Positions 39,192 to 53,109 are shown, counted from the first letter of the whole stretch. The stretch is DNA of 58,620 nucleotides, filler included, from Dirinaria sp. TL-2023a (GCA_051941275.1; 9 parts of 9 records of this genome joined end to end with filler, not necessarily neighbours in it), one strand, 5' to 3'. Notes: generated by a model from the sequence alone, not told the origin. Numbers and translations are program-made.

Positions 39192-39476
39192 TGCGTCACG
39201 CGCGGCAGCCTGCGCAACAAATACGGCATCAAATCCAACTGCTGCTGCGATTGCCTCGTCTCCAACTGCTGCATGTGCTGCGCGCTGGTGCAGGAGGCCA
39301 AGGAGGTCGATGAGCGAGAGAGCCGCGCCGCTGCTCCCGTCGCCTACCAGCCCCAGCCCGTCCCCCAGATGATGTATGCTCCGCAACAGCAGCAGCAGCC
39401 GCAGCAGCCCCCACCGATTTACCACCAGCAACAGCAGCAGCAACAGAAGGCTTATCCGCCTAAGCTTCAGAAGTGA
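39192..39476 (+). CDS. PLAC8 family Cys-rich protein, 3' end only
   Basis: RGSLRNKYGIKSNCCCDCLVSNCCMCCALVQEAKEV followed by a Gln/Pro-rich tail. Confidence 0.88.
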   Translation, partial: CVTRGSLRNKYGIKSNCCCDCLVSNCCMCCALVQEAKEVDERESRAAAPVAYQPQPVPQMMYAPQQQQQPQQPPPIYHQQQQQQQKAYPPKLQK

Positions 39477-39731
39477 GATGGGATCACGACCCTGGTATTG
39501 ATTGAGGGTATACGTGCACTTCCTGTGGTTGCTGGGTTTGATGGCCTGGCTTGTGTTAGTGCAAGGAGATTGAGTCAGCGAGTCCGGAATTTGATTGAAC
39601 TATGGATGACGCAGTTAGACAAGTACTTGGCGAGTGCATTCACAGGTGTTGTTTCAGCGTTTTGGGAAATAGCAAGGAGTATGTACAAGGATCCTGGCAG
39701 CATGAAAAAGCTTTCTCGACCGACCCAACGT

Positions 39732-41314
39732 TTACTGGTCATCGATAACGTGCAAGTACTTCTTTTCTTCCCGCTTTTCCCTCTCTGTGGCAGGAGGTAG
39801 ATCGTAATACGAAGAGCTCCTGTAATCTTGCTGTTGAAGCACAGATGTCATTAGCAGGGAGAGCGATTGAGTTTTCCATATTCCAATACATACCAGATAC
39901 GAGAAGGTAAAGTCTGCTATGTCTCCAGGCTGTATGTCTAAGTCTTTAAACGTTTTGGCCTTAGGATCAATGGTTTGGTCGATGAACTCTCTCTCAACTT
40001 CGTCAGCTGACAACGTGTGCCACCAAATAGCTTGGTTGAGCAGCTTGGCGGCAGGTTTCAGGAGTCGTTTCGGAAGATTTATGTGCCTGCGATGCTTGAT
40101 GATTTCACGATCGACGAGCTCCGCGATTTCGACCATAGAGTACTCCCTCGGCCCGTACAGCTCGTAGGTCTCACCTGCAGTGGTATCATCCTCGAGCATT
40201 TTAGACAGCGCAGTACCGACATCGATAGCCTAAGATACTCATCAATCTGATATGCCTTCGACTATCAATCATGGGACACTTACGTGCACAGGCCAGAATC
40301 GCTGTTGCAAGTGATTCGAAGTTAGAAGATTTACTTGTTTAGCAAGTTTGTGAAGCAGGCGATCTTCGAATCCGAACACTGGGGCTGGGCGAACAATGGT
40401 CGTCTCAGGGAAGATCTGCCGCACGATTTCTTCGCCTCGTGCCTGTGCTTATCAGCCTCAAGCGAGATGATCAAGGGATAATTGCCATACCTTGGTCCGG
40501 AAAAACTCCGACGGAGAATTCTTGTCTGCGTTATGGGAAGACATATGGATGAAGCGGTCGACGTCGTATTTAGCGACAGCTTCGGCTATACGCTCAGCTC
40601 CTTCTACATGAACATCTTCGAGATCAAAGTTCCTAGCTAGATCAGTGAATGGGCCATGACCCGTATGGACCGTGTATTACTTTGTAGGATAGTCTCGTCC
40701 GACTAAGTTGTAGACAACATCTGAATGGCGTACGCTTTCCTCAAGCGATGCTGTGTTCCGCAAATCGTATTCCTGTGAACTTGTCAGATCTCATATCTCA
40801 TTACTCTTCCTGAGGTGCTGACCATAAAAGTAACCCGGCCGAGGTCACCCGTAACTTTCAGATGGCGCTTGGCCATCTCTTCTCGAAAGGGCACGACAAC
40901 GGTACATCCTCGCGAGGCTATCGCATTGTGGCGTTAGAAACAATCAGTATTCGATCGAAATTAAATGTACCTAATCGATGAACAATATATCTCCCTAGGA
41001 AGCCAGTCGCGCCGAATACAGTCACGGTGTGCCCTAAACTCCTTTAACTGTCGCTTATTTATAGTCGGAGACGTCGTTTACCTCCAAGTGACGACCTGCA
41101 CAATAACTATCAGCCTCAGGATACCAATTGCCGATGATCGCGCAATGATCACTCACCGGCCGCCTTGAATTCTTATGATGGGTTTTCCAGTCCTGGTAAT
41201 AGATACATCTTCCCGAATCCCTCTTCTCTGAACTGAAGGTGAGCCAAAATTCCTCTCGCATTTAATGGCTGCACGCAGCCCACTCAGGGCTGGAGAGCCC
41301 CAGCATATTCGCAT
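39732..41314 (-). CDS. NDUFA9: NADH:ubiquinone oxidoreductase 40-kDa subunit (NDUFA9 orthologue)
   Basis: Arg-rich presequence, ITRTGKPIIRIQGGRSSLGGHTVTVFGATGFLGRY (using a 14-nt exon at 41095-41082), VRHSDVVYNLVGRDYPTK and a C-terminal REEKKYLHVIDDQ. Many short introns. Confidence 0.95.
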
Positions 41315-41566
41315 TGTGGTGTATGAATTGGATCTGAGCAGGTACTAATAACTCTGAGGAACGTCATTCTAAACTGGAAGTACTGTTATGCCAAGCACGC
41401 CAAGCCGGCATGAGATGGCGGCCCGACACCCCTGTCAGCCAAGGTTCCGCTACTCCATATTTCCGCCGGAGTTCATCAATCCAGCTTCATCCAAAGGTCG
41501 TGGTGAGTTCCCTACTGGAACCATAGTTGCTCATAAGTAAATATCTTTGAAATTTCTCTCATCACC

Positions 41567-42763
41567 ATGGATCCAGAAGTCATCTCGAATTTCCTCTCGG
41601 AGCAACGCGAAAATGCGCCTGAAGAACTGCAGCCAAACTTCCTTACCATAGAAGATTACTGGGACCGCAAACTATGGCATCAGCTCACGGATGTTCTTGT
41701 CGACTACTTCAATACCCCAGCCAGCGCTCCCCAGCGATTACCCCTCTTCCAAAAGTTCATCTTAACCTTCGCGGAGAAGATCAATCAGCTGAAGTTCGTC
41801 CGCTTGGGACTTCTAGCAGCTACCCAATGCGCAGGTAATGCCCGCTTCGGTACCGAATAGAAAGATAGGTACTGAGCAGCTTTAGATGACCATGAGCGAC
41901 TCACCTTCCTGACCGATCTCTCCACCAAAGTTAACAAACTCTCATCCCAAGATGCCTATGTTTACGCCCTAGTCGCCGCATCAGACATCAAGCTCAGCCT
42001 TTCCGACTACGCCTCCGCACGAAAAGACCTCGACACCGCCGAATCGATCCTCGACACCTTCGACAACGTCGAGACCGAAGTGCACGCCACCTTCTACCGC
42101 ACGAACGCGGCCTACTACCAAGCCAACCACGACCACGGCGCCTACTACAAGAACGCCCTGCTCTACCTCGCCTGCATCGACCTCAAGACGCTCTCGACCC
42201 AGGACGCGCAGTCGCGCGCCTACGATCTGAGCGTCGCGGCGCTGATATCGAGCACGATCTACAACTTCGGGGAACTGCTGCTGCACCCGATCCTCGACAG
42301 CCTGACCTCGACGCCGCACGCCTGGCTGCGCGACCTCCTCTTCACCTTCAACCGCGGCGACCTGACTGCGTACAACAGCCTCGAGCCGCACCTCGCCAAA
42401 TCGCCGCAGCTGGCCGCGAACCGGGAATTCCTCGCGCAGAAGATCGCCCTGTCGGCGCTGACGGAGGCCGTGTTCCGCCGGCCGCCGCACGACCGCGCCA
42501 TGACCTTCCAGACCATCGCGCACGAGACCAACGTCCAGCCCCAGGACATCGAGATCCTGATCATGAAGGCGCTGAGTCTGGGCCTGTTGAGGGGCAGCAT
42601 CGATCAAGTGGCGCAGGTGGCGCGGATCAATTGGGTGCAGCCCAAGGTGCTGGATATGAAGCAGGCGGACAGCATGCGCAAGAGGTTGAAGGAATGGGAC
42701 AGCAGTGTCAACCAGCTGGGGAATTGGATCGAGGGGGTTGGCAAGGATGTATGGGCTGCGTGA
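41567..42763 (+). CDS. RPN9: 26S proteasome lid subunit Rpn9 (PSMD13, PCI domain)
   Basis: DYWDRKLWHQLT, YYKNALLYLAC, IYNFGELLLHPIL and MKALSLGLLRGSIDQV..WVQPKVLD. Intron at 41835-41885. Confidence 0.97.
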
Positions 42764-43086
42764 GGGTTGAGAAGTGAGGGACGGGCAGTGTACGATATGC
42801 ATGCAGGAATTCAGTGCCCCAGGGGCGTCCTTCCTAGGGACTCGGCATCCTATCGATACCATAGACTACTTCCAGAAAAAAAGCAGGCACCCTAATTCGC
42901 CGATTTGAAAATGTTGCTCGTTTAGCAGCTATGAGCAATCGAACAATCCTCATTGCATAATTGACCCCTTTTAGTCAGAGCTCGAACATGGGTGCCGTGT
43001 GTTTGTTACAAAGATGAAATTCTAACAGCACATACCATATACACTGGCATCTATATGATCTAGGTACGATCCACGCCCCAAAATCC

Positions 43087-45168
43087 CTACAGTACAGGGC
43101 TGCAGACGACTCCTCCGACCAGCCACGCCGGCCACCAAATGCACCAAACCACCACTTGCGTCCACAAGCCCTGCACCTTCCAACCGAACGCCGCCTCCAG
43201 CAGCATCTCGATCACATCTACCCCCCAAGCCTGACACGCCACCATCACCACCACGGGGGGGGAAAGCAATTGGAGGAGTGCGGTCAGCAGAAGCTTCCTC
43301 ACGCGGCTGCTCGGCATGTTTTCGGTCGCCGTGGTCGAAAATGGCTGGCCGACGAAGGATAAAGGTGCAGCGAGCAGACCCACGAGGAAGGCGAGGGAGA
43401 AATTGAGGGTGGCGAGCGTGGCGAGGAACATGCCGAGGAGGAGCAGGGAGAAGCATTGGAGTAGCAGTCGTTGCTGGGAGCTCAGAGGCCATTGGGAAGA
43501 TAGGAGTAAGGCGAAGAGGGTGGGGAGAGCGGAGTTGACCTGGGCGAAGATCGGTAAGAGCCATGATAAGGTCTGGATCATTGTTAGCGACCAGCTCGTA
43601 GAAAGGATATTGGGATAAATTCTTACGTCACGAGCAGCATTGTTGAAGGCGTAGAGCGGGAACACGCCGCAGAAGTGAGATGCCACGACCAGTGCGATGG
43701 GGAGGAAAAGCTGGCGTTCAACAATGGTCAGGCTCTGCTTGGGCATCACCGCCGTCATCCCATCTTGCTTGATGATTTCAACTTCTGACTTTTCGTCGCG
43801 TTGGGATGTCGTGGAGCCCAGCTTAGGAGCTGGTGAGCGCCCGCTCTGTATCCATAGTGCTATTGCCATGATAGTGAAATTGACAGCCACAAGCATTGCG
43901 CTGGGCAGGTAGGTCCCAATACTGACGAAGCGGTTCGCCTGCATTAACAAGTAGAAGAAGAAACTTTGATGGAACTTCTCGAGAAGATTGTTCAGGCTTC
44001 GGAAAGTGCTTTCGACGCACCGGCCCATCGCCATCTCATCCTGCCAACCATCACCAACTGCTTGCAGCGTGATTGCATCGACATGGTACGGAATGAAGCT
44101 GCTATGGGGTCCTGATGCATGGCCAAGACCTTGGCTGACCATGCCTCGAAGCATCGTTTGCAATCGATCTCTGTAGTTGTCGGTATGCTTCCACATACGT
44201 TGGAGAACGACACCGATTCCCATTTGACCGCTGGCTATAGATGTAGCAGTGTTGAAAAGGTCAAGATTCGGAAGCTGGCCGTTAATGCCGTCATAGACAA
44301 TATGTATTGACTCGAAGCGATGGTTGAGAGCATTGTCTAACACCACGATCCCTTGCAGTGCTCCGCTCTTGATGGGCAGAGGCGCGACTAATGGCGAAGA
44401 ACGCTCGTCATGATAGGCATCTACCCAAGCCTGTGGGCCAGCCTTACTGTCGGAGGTAATCAGTACAATGATGTCTTTCGACCATAATGACCAGCCTGCT
44501 TCAAAGTCAGATCAGCTAGTCTCAACCTCAGCCTTTTGGATGCGCACGCTTAAAGTATCTCGCCAAAGTCAAGACCAGTGCAACACCGCTCTGATTTAAT
44601 TCTCCATCCATGTTTGTCCATGCTGCCAACAGGACAATAGCCTCAGTAGCATCTCCACGAGGCGCGTGTAGGATTGAATAGACATTCTCCCCACTGTATG
44701 CAATGCCTGCGGCTTGATATTCGTATTTCTGCCGAGCAGCCCTCAAGCCTGCGGATTTGAAGATCTCTTCGAGCTTGGCGGATATCCTTAGTAGGTATTC
44801 CAGTCAGTCCCAAAGCCCTCAATGGACAGCATTGCACCAACGTACTCAGCCTGCTCTTTACCAGCCAGTGCCTGAACTTCATACTTGTAGGCATTGAAGA
44901 TGTGCTGCTCGCTACCGCCGAAGTATGTGTGGACCTGTCCTGGCAAGAGAGCGTTTTCCGATATATATGTATGCCTTGAATATTCGTTGAGTGGCAGCAA
45001 CAGGAGCCATGCGATGCCGATTATGATGCAGAGGATTGAAAAGTACGGAGGAAGCTTCAGTATCCGCGGATCACGGCGAAAGGCCAATACCGCAGGAGCT
45101 TCTAGGGCCATTAGCTGTGAAGTTGGGATTATAATATTGGCATATATTGACTCACATATCAATGCCAT
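43087..45168 (-). CDS. GAA1: GPI transamidase component Gaa1
   Basis: TYISENALLPGQV, APRGDATEAIVL, WSKDIIVL, GINGQLPNLDL, RSLNNLLEKFHQSFFFY and a multi-TM C-terminus. Several introns. Confidence 0.96.
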
Positions 45169-45604
45169 CCACAGTCATCCTCGGCTGGATAAGCCGAAGC
45201 GATTATGATTTATCAGTACCTTGCTCAATATCTACCCTCTTCACCAGCTAAACACCCAAGGGTATTAGCGTGGGGCGGCTATGGCGCTTAATCATAGAGT
45301 CCAGGAGTCCAGGTTGCAGTTGGCGTGTGCGTGCGTGTACCGAAACTTCCTTGTATACCAAAGTAAGTCTTCATACTGTGCGCGATACTAGTTACAATCT
45401 GTTGACTGACCATCTATTTCCGCAGTCCCCATGTCGTCCACCCGGACTACCCTTGCCTATGTAACGGAGAATTCTACTATATTGCGCAGCCCAACGGCCA
45501 ATGCGATTGGACGAGTCTGCCAGCTGCTGAGAATGCATGCATGAATTGCATGTAGCAAAGGTTCAGGTTTAGGAATTTATCGCTGGAAAGGATGCAATTC
45601 CCTA

Positions 45605-45704
45605 NNNNNNNNNNNNNNNNNNNNNNNNNNNNNNNNNNNNNNNNNNNNTTAATTAATTAANNNNNNNNNNNNNNNNNNNNNNNNNNNNNNNNNNNNNNNN
45701 NNNN
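45605..45704. other. Artificial contig linker
   Basis: 44N-TTAATTAATTAA-44N. Confidence 0.99.
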
Positions 45705-46042
45705 GATGGATTAGGTTTGGCGCTGAGGTAAGTGGTTAGTCAGTAGCGCGTGTTCTTAGCGGGATGTATGCCAAGAGGATGGAAATCTGCTTCAACCGCA
45801 TCTCTCATCCATCGAAACTTGGTTCGCTGCAATAACGACAAGGGTCTATTGGGACATGTCGTTGTGACTGCTTTGAATTCGGAAACGTTTATGTGCAAAT
45901 ATTAACGCAGCTGAAATTGATATATTTAATTCTATTCAAAAGCTAGCCTCGGCCATCTCGGCTACCAAGCCCTTCATCCTCCGCCTTTTGGTGTCGCGAT
46001 CTCAAGTAATCTTGAACTCGCCAAATGAGGGACGAGGCGGGA

Positions 46043-46705
46043 TTATCTGTACATCCACAGAAGAAGAGCTTCAACGCAAGCTATCCATGCAGAGATGGAC
46101 GCGCTGACTGCCATCCCGAGATCCACTCGTCCAGTCACAGCAGTTACCACAGACCCAGCTACTAGCGACAAAATCAGTGTTACAGCTATAAGGCAGCAGC
46201 ATAATGCCTTGTTGAGCTCATAAGCTATGTGCAGCGCCTTCCTAGGTTTGAGGCAAGTCCCAGAGTTTATGAGATAGGGATAGGCGATCGCAAGAGAACG
46301 AGTATCTCGGAACGTCTTGGGGTCGTGAAAAGCTCGTGTCAAGAGATCGTCACGTTTCAGGTGCGCTATGCGAATTTCGAGAGGATGGCCCTGCGCCTCG
46401 GTGTCTAGTACGATGAATGAGGTCTAGATGTATCAGCGCTGCTGTCTGGATTCTCAAGGCGAGCGATTTACGCTTGGGATTTCGCAGGCACGTACAGAAG
46501 CAATCTTTGCAATGCTCACAACTGGTTTTCGCATGAGCACAGTTTGGGCAAGCAATCTCTTCATGGGGCCAATCTCTTTTCTCTGAATCTGGCGTAGCTT
46601 GAGCATCACGTGTTCGCCAGAGCCGTGGTATTCCACTTCAACATCATAAGAGGAAAGTCTGCCCCCGAGCGATTCGAGCACGGTTCTCCATTTAATGGTC
46701 GTCAT
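46043..46705 (-). CDS. Hypothetical 204-aa protein with two C-terminal transmembrane helices (2 exons)
   Basis: A phase-0 intron at 46471-46424 (GTAAAT..GCTGAT..TAG) joins the two track ORFs without stops. Hydrophobic hairpin LCCCLIAVTLILSLVAGSVVTAV-TGRVD-LGMAVSASISAWIACVEALLLW. Confidence 0.7.
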
Positions 46706-47538
46706 TTTCGCAGTCGTGAATCGGGCATCAGCTGCCTGGTGAATGATCCCCTAGGACGAGTACATGACATGGCATTCCAATGGGCAGAATTAAATGGTTG
46801 CTTGGTGGTAGTTTCCAGTGGGAGCCAAGGCACAACTACGACTTATATAATGCTGTCGATATGGGACGCCAGAGTTTCACAACTGCGCTCTGAGAATGCG
46901 CAGGTGCGCGTTTTCCTGTCTCTTCGAGTGCATTTATCGCTAAATTATCAACGGCCACTCTGTCATACATCTATGCTGATTTCGCTGGACCAATTACTCC
47001 ACACTCAGAGTAAATGTCAATTAAGCTATCTAACTCTCCAGATTTCTTGCAGATTATGCACTGGGCTATCAATTGTACTGAGACCACATACTTGAAAAAC
47101 GATTGACGCTTCTGTCTTAGCGCATAGGAAGCTCTTGCGCCACAGGGGGAGTGGCAGTGCTTTATGCCAAGAACGCGCAATTGTGCACTTAAGGTGGTAG
47201 CCTTGCACATCTGTGATTTTTTCCTATTGTATTTTGGGCAGTTCCATTTTTCCTGCGATCGAAATCTCTCATTCTTGTTAGAGTTCGTAGTCGAGAGCTT
47301 TTCGTACTGGTTCTTCCTCTCCCTGGACGCTTGTTGGTTCCTTCGTCTAGTACATTTCAGCGTAGCCTTGTTCTCGCATGCGCAATTGATACTTCCAAGT
47401 TGAAGTCATCTGGACATCTGAGCTCCGCTACGCCTGATACAGAGAAACAGAATTCGAACCTTTGAAAAGGACCGTATTCTAGACCTGAGAGCTTGTGACT
47501 TCGATCGCCATCGCCAATTCCCCTCTGAAATCTCCAGT

Positions 47539-50500
47539 ATGGAGGGCTCATCTTCGAATATGCAACATTCTTTTCGTGGTGAAGAGAACGAGTTTGCCGG
47601 TATGAACGCTTTTAAATAGACTTGTCTTGAGTAATACGATATCAAGATGTTCTCAGCTAATTTGATATGTGATTGAGCAGATGATAGCTCTCCTGGGAGG
47701 CTTGAGGCTCAAAGAACACTACCTAGTATCTCTTCTATGCTCCTCCCCGAGAGGCTTGAAGCCCAAGGCAGAGAAGCACCATCTAAAGCCTATTCTGCAC
47801 AATCCGGTCCAATTACTACTTTCTCCTCCCCAAACTGGGCTAAGATTTCTCGACTTGAAGCCTTGCACTTGCCGGGGTTTCATGACCCCATGTATATACC
47901 CTAAGACTTTACAGATGGAGAGGCGCTAACTAAAGCTAAGAGCCAGCATGCAGACTCACAATGGAATATTGAACACGCAGTCTTCTATTGCTCCGTCAAC
48001 GTCAGAAAGTTTGTTCCGTCCTCTAACGAGGTACAATTATCTACCTGTCTCTTTTGATGGTGTATCTTGGTCTTCTAAAACGTCAGAAAGCTCGTACCCA
48101 TCCTTGGTAGGGAGCGAACTCTCATCGGAATTCTTTTCCTCATCATGGCTCGAAGACTCTTATATCGGTGGGGACAGTGGGTATCAAAGTTACAATTCCT
48201 TACCGGAAGTTCCCCCAGACGTTGTGGACTTGAATCAGGAAAGCAAAGCTGAACCAAAAGAAGTATCTCCGCGTCCTGGCCTTTCCAAAAATGCGAAACC
48301 TCGTAAATTGGCGCATCAATCGGAGCGACCCGAGAAATGCCCTATCGAATCTTGCGAATGGTCTCGGAAAGGGTTTGCTCGTAAGCATGACAGAAATCGT
48401 CATATTCTAACTCACTTCGAGGGCAAATTGGTATGTATCTTCTGTTCAGATGCTGGCTCTGCATCACAGAAGAACTTCAACCGTATGGCCGCCTTCAAGC
48501 GTCATCTGGTTTCCGTGCACGGTGCAGAACAGATGCCTCGTAATTGTCGTAAAAAGAAAACGACTGCTCCTCGAAATAGCCTTTCCACCACGGTTGTAGC
48601 CGAAGGAGGAAAATGTTCTAGCTGTTTTGAGACTTTTCACAACGCTCAGGCATTTTATGAGCATGTCGAAAGTTGCGTACTGCTTCATGTAGTTCACGAA
48701 CAAGGCTCAAAGCAAACAGCAGATCAGCAACAAAGCCCAGAAAGTACTAGAGCTTCAAAAGGAAAAAAGAACATACAGCAGAGCGCTAGCACTAAAGATA
48801 AAGCTGTGTTTGAGGACTCATCTGTTGGACAATTAGGTGGGGCAAAAAAAGATGATATGGACAGTGGTGATTGGAATCAATCTACGCCTGAGGACTCTTT
48901 GACTGTGAGCCATACGCGTTCACTCAGCGAAACACAAACCCCGACTAGAGGACCGTCTAAGTTGACTCATTCCGATCATGTCAAGTTTGCTGAAAATACC
49001 ATGCCAATTTCTGATAAGATTTTCGAGCCGGCCCATGCACAAAACTCCTCAATCTCAAGTATGCATAGTGAGTGCTTGTTGAAAGTCACGGCAGGACTTG
49101 AAGAAGCGTCAACCCGAGACGGTGATAGGACCCCCAATACGACTTCTGGCTCTGAAAGTGATGAGTCTCAAAACTCCCTCATCCATAATAGCCTCGAGAT
49201 CGCGGTCTTGCACTCACGACATCAGATCATGACCAGAATCATGGAGGAAGTTTATGCTATTTTTGACCGACGATGGGCGCCCAGCACGCAAACCCATGCA
49301 AGAGAAGCTTCAGAAAGTGGCCCTCAATCCAGTCCAAATACACAGGAGGCTGGGGATACTGGAAGCTCAAGAGGTGTCAAGCGGAGCAGAGACGATAGAG
49401 ACGCTTCACCATCCAACGGTCGTCGGAGAAGAGGAGTAGATGGGTCCAAAACTCCGTTGATACTTGATGACGAAAGTCAACCCTTTGCTTGCCCATTACA
49501 CAAGCATGATTCGGAGAAATACAGTTGCAATACTATTACGGGCTCTAAATTTAGGGCATGTATGGGCCCTGGGTTCACAACCATTGCGCGCCTTAAGTAA
49601 AGCTCCTTGACAGTAACTTATACTCTTCGGTCTTAAGTTTCACTAATATTGCTGCAGGCAGCATTTGAAAAGGGTCCATAGTGCACCCATTCAATGCACA
49701 AGATGCTGGCTTGTGATGTCAGACCTACAAGCCATGTCTAATCACGCAAACCAAGAAATACGTTGCGATGCACGAGAGCCCCAGCCAGAGGGCATATCAT
49801 TGGACAAGATGCGGCTCATTTCCAGCAAATGGGGGGCAACCTGGGCAGATATATACTCTATAATCTTCCCAGGCGCACCTGTACCAAGTCCTTGTGAGTC
49901 TCACGCGTTACGTGCGGACTTTAAAGGCCTTTTAACTAATGTTGAAAGATTATGAACATAATTGTCCAAACAGGACTGTATTACCAACTCCTCAAGCTAG
50001 GGAGTTGGCCGATTTCGAAGCGTACAATCGCACCGAACTTCCACGGCTTGTAGAGGCGAATCTTCAGACTTTGGTCAACGCTGAGATCTTACCTCTTGAA
50101 GAGAGCCTTAAAAGAATGCTCGTTGATATTGTGAGGCGCTGTCAGTCAACAGTGGCCCAAAATTATGATCGCATTCACCCAGCCAGCTCGCAGGAGAGGG
50201 ACTCTGGGTCGTCACAGGTCTTGAATACTTCATTTGATTTCCAGGCTGAGGATACCAATGTCAACTTTGATGCATTGACTGCAGGACGACAACAGCTTCT
50301 AGAGCAACCTGCACAGCTGGATCAAACCAATACCACCGCTTTCTTTGAGGAACCGCCGCCGCAATCCACGAATACTCTAGACGTGCAACCAGAAGACTAC
50401 CATCCCAAGTCTGCAGCGCAAAGTCCAGATTCAGGCTACGGCAGCTTCTTATTTTGCACCTGCACCTGTCCATCACAAGAGGAGTTTCCAATTAGTATTT

Positions 50501-50608
50501 TCCAGACCCCGGTGCATTTCATTCACTCAGACGCTAATGTTTTTAGTTGCCCCGGAAAAGCACTGTGATCGGTGCGGCTTGCAGTGCTTCGACCCGTACT
50601 TGGTGTAG
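47539..50608 (+). CDS. Multi-C2H2 zinc-finger protein (6 exons)
   Basis: Exons 47539-47599, 47681-47891, 47947-49596, 49658-49893, 49949-50494 and 50547-50608 are all phase-compatible. Fingers: CPIESC..HILTH, CIFC..HLVSVH, CSSC..HVESC, FACPLHK..C..RLKQHLKRVH and CTRC..H. Confidence 0.8.
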
Positions 50609-52118
50609 TAAAACTTTGATTCCTTGACTCAGTTCCAGATCGCCCAGAAGGGTGAAAAACTTCGACTAGTTGATAGCGTGGTCACGACAAAGCCTAAATT
50701 ACTATTTCGAATCTCGACCTCGATTTTCCAGCACATCGCACACTAGACTTTTGCCAACACCCTCTCATTACGCGGCTCGAACGGCGTTAGTCGCTTCTTC
50801 CCTAGGCGATGGGCCTTGACACCGATACATGGGTGCCTATCTTCGACAGACAAAGTACAGATTATCTGCCGCGCTGCTTTGTGCGCTGATGGTGACATTT
50901 AAGATATAGAATTTTTTTTTTAGAATCCTCGCTGTACAAAAGACTTTTTTGTCCAATCAAACTGCCATGGCATCGCTGTATTCGAACTCGAGTTGATGAA
51001 TCGAGAGACTATATAACCATAAACGCAGCTACTCATGAAAAACACAAACGCAATACTTCCCAACGATACCAACCAGCACAGCAAATACATGTTAAAATCT
51101 CAATGCGCTCTCGTAAGCTCTCCATCAAATATTGACTCCACCCTGCGAGCACCCAAAAATACCTCCCTTCTAACCGCGCTGTGCAACGAAATTGTAAAGC
51201 AAAATCATCAATACCGCTCGCTATCAAGTAAATCTGAAAAATCAATTGTACAAAAAGAGACTGTTTTTGATAACGTTCAGTTTTTTTGCAAATTAACATC
51301 CGTCTGTTGGAATTGATGTATGCGTGTGTTGAGACTTCAAGTTATTTTTCGAGCACGGTTTTTGGGTTTTGGTTGCGGATGCATGGCATGGTGGGTTTTG
51401 CTGATGTTTGATGGTTGTTTTTGGCTTCGAGAAGTATCTCATTTAAACAACGAATGAATATTCCTGGCATCTTTATTTATTTTTCATTGTTTATTAATTC
51501 ACTGGACACGAAACAATAAATCAACCCCATCATATTCACCCAATCCACATCCATATCCATGCATAAAACCTCTATATCTCCCCTCCTGAATTCGATTTTA
51601 GTGCAAATGGGCGCCTCTCATGGCTGTAACATTTTAACCATCTGCTCGAATTTGATTCGGAAGTGATATAGATGAATGGATTTATTGGAGGAAGGAGGAG
51701 GGTTGATTAAAGGGTTTTTTTGGTCTTTGAAGGAAAGAGAGGGTTTGGGGGATAGGTGGAGATGTGGTTTCATTTCTAGTTCGATATTATTATCTGGCTT
51801 CGCGAAGATAGTTTATTTAGAGAAGTTTGTCAGGTTATATTGCACATATAAACTTACCCCTCCCCGATCAAAAACTCTTTTGATATTTGTAGACTATTGT
51901 TCTTCGAACACTTATATCTAGAATATTCATTTAAAAGCAGCGGCAGTATCAGAGGCGACTGTCCCCCATCAAAAAAGAAAATGCCTCCTGACGTATCTCA
52001 AGCCCGGTGATCGCAGAATCGCAGATGATTTCTTTCTGCTGTTATGGACGGGAAGGATAAGAAACTCGCTTTTTTTGGGCTCGTATGGAGATGGTGGGAG
52101 GAGTTTTGCTGTGGGGGA

Positions 52119-52218
52119 NNNNNNNNNNNNNNNNNNNNNNNNNNNNNNNNNNNNNNNNNNNNTTAATTAATTAANNNNNNNNNNNNNNNNNNNNNNNNNN
52201 NNNNNNNNNNNNNNNNNN
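52119..52218. other. Artificial contig linker
   Basis: 44N-TTAATTAATTAA-44N. Confidence 0.99.
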
Positions 52219-53109
52219 TTTAACATCTCTATTAAGCAACTTCACAACTAATCAGTCATTCCACACCCTTTCTAGTGCCTAGCTTAGTTGGAGCGAAGCG
52301 TTTGAATGTCACTTTGTGCTGCGCATATCAGCTAATGCTATTTGCATTCTAAATATCATACTCGATGAGCAATTGTCTTTGTATGCCCACACGAGTAAAT
52401 TCGACTTTGAAACTCCAGATGTCATCTTCGATGTGGAATTATCATTGTGGGCGCAGTTGGAAATACTTTCTTCTCGGGCGGTGGATTTATTGAGCTCGAC
52501 GTTAGATCTACTAAATATTCTCGATGTATTTTAACAGAGGCTGCTTTTGAATTGAATTTGAGGATGAATATACGTAGGATTTCCAGCATCTGCTCTGACT
52601 TTTATAGATGTTTTAATATCGTCTGTTTTGGAATCGTATTGGATATCAAATGGCGGAAGCTCTCGTTTACTCAATTACTCAATCACTTCAGATATTAGTT
52701 GATTTGGTAGAAGGAGTTGTTGGCACATTTTGGGGCAGTTTTGCTTGTTAGATCGTCGCTTCTGGCGCTGGCGAAGCTTGATTCAATATATGATTTTTTT
52801 GGAAATGCTTGTCCGATGAGGTATTGAAAGGATTTATAAAGCGATTGTTTAGGGGTCAGCTTAGATGCAGAAGTGGTCTAAGTGACTAGATCATTTGAGT
52901 AACAATCTGTAATTCCTGTACGTTTATCTTATAGCTGTGTCGAGGCAACAAGTATCTCGCTCAGTTGATTGATATCATAGTTACAGGTCTAAGAAAGTGA
53001 ATCTGTCTATCGCCGTTGAGTGAGTTCCCTCTTTCGATAGTTTCAAGGAAACGAAGCACAGCACGGCCCTTACAAAAACTGTCACCCCTACTTTCTTCGA
53101 TTTTTTGCT

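Noticed and set aside
41981..42862. 293-aa antisense ORF over RPN9
   Set aside because: Explained by very high third-position GC in RPN9; no recognisable protein features.
45363..45545. Canonical intron followed by a short ATG ORF divergent from GAA1
   Set aside because: Probably the leader of a gene cut by the contig end, but too little sequence is present to call a product.
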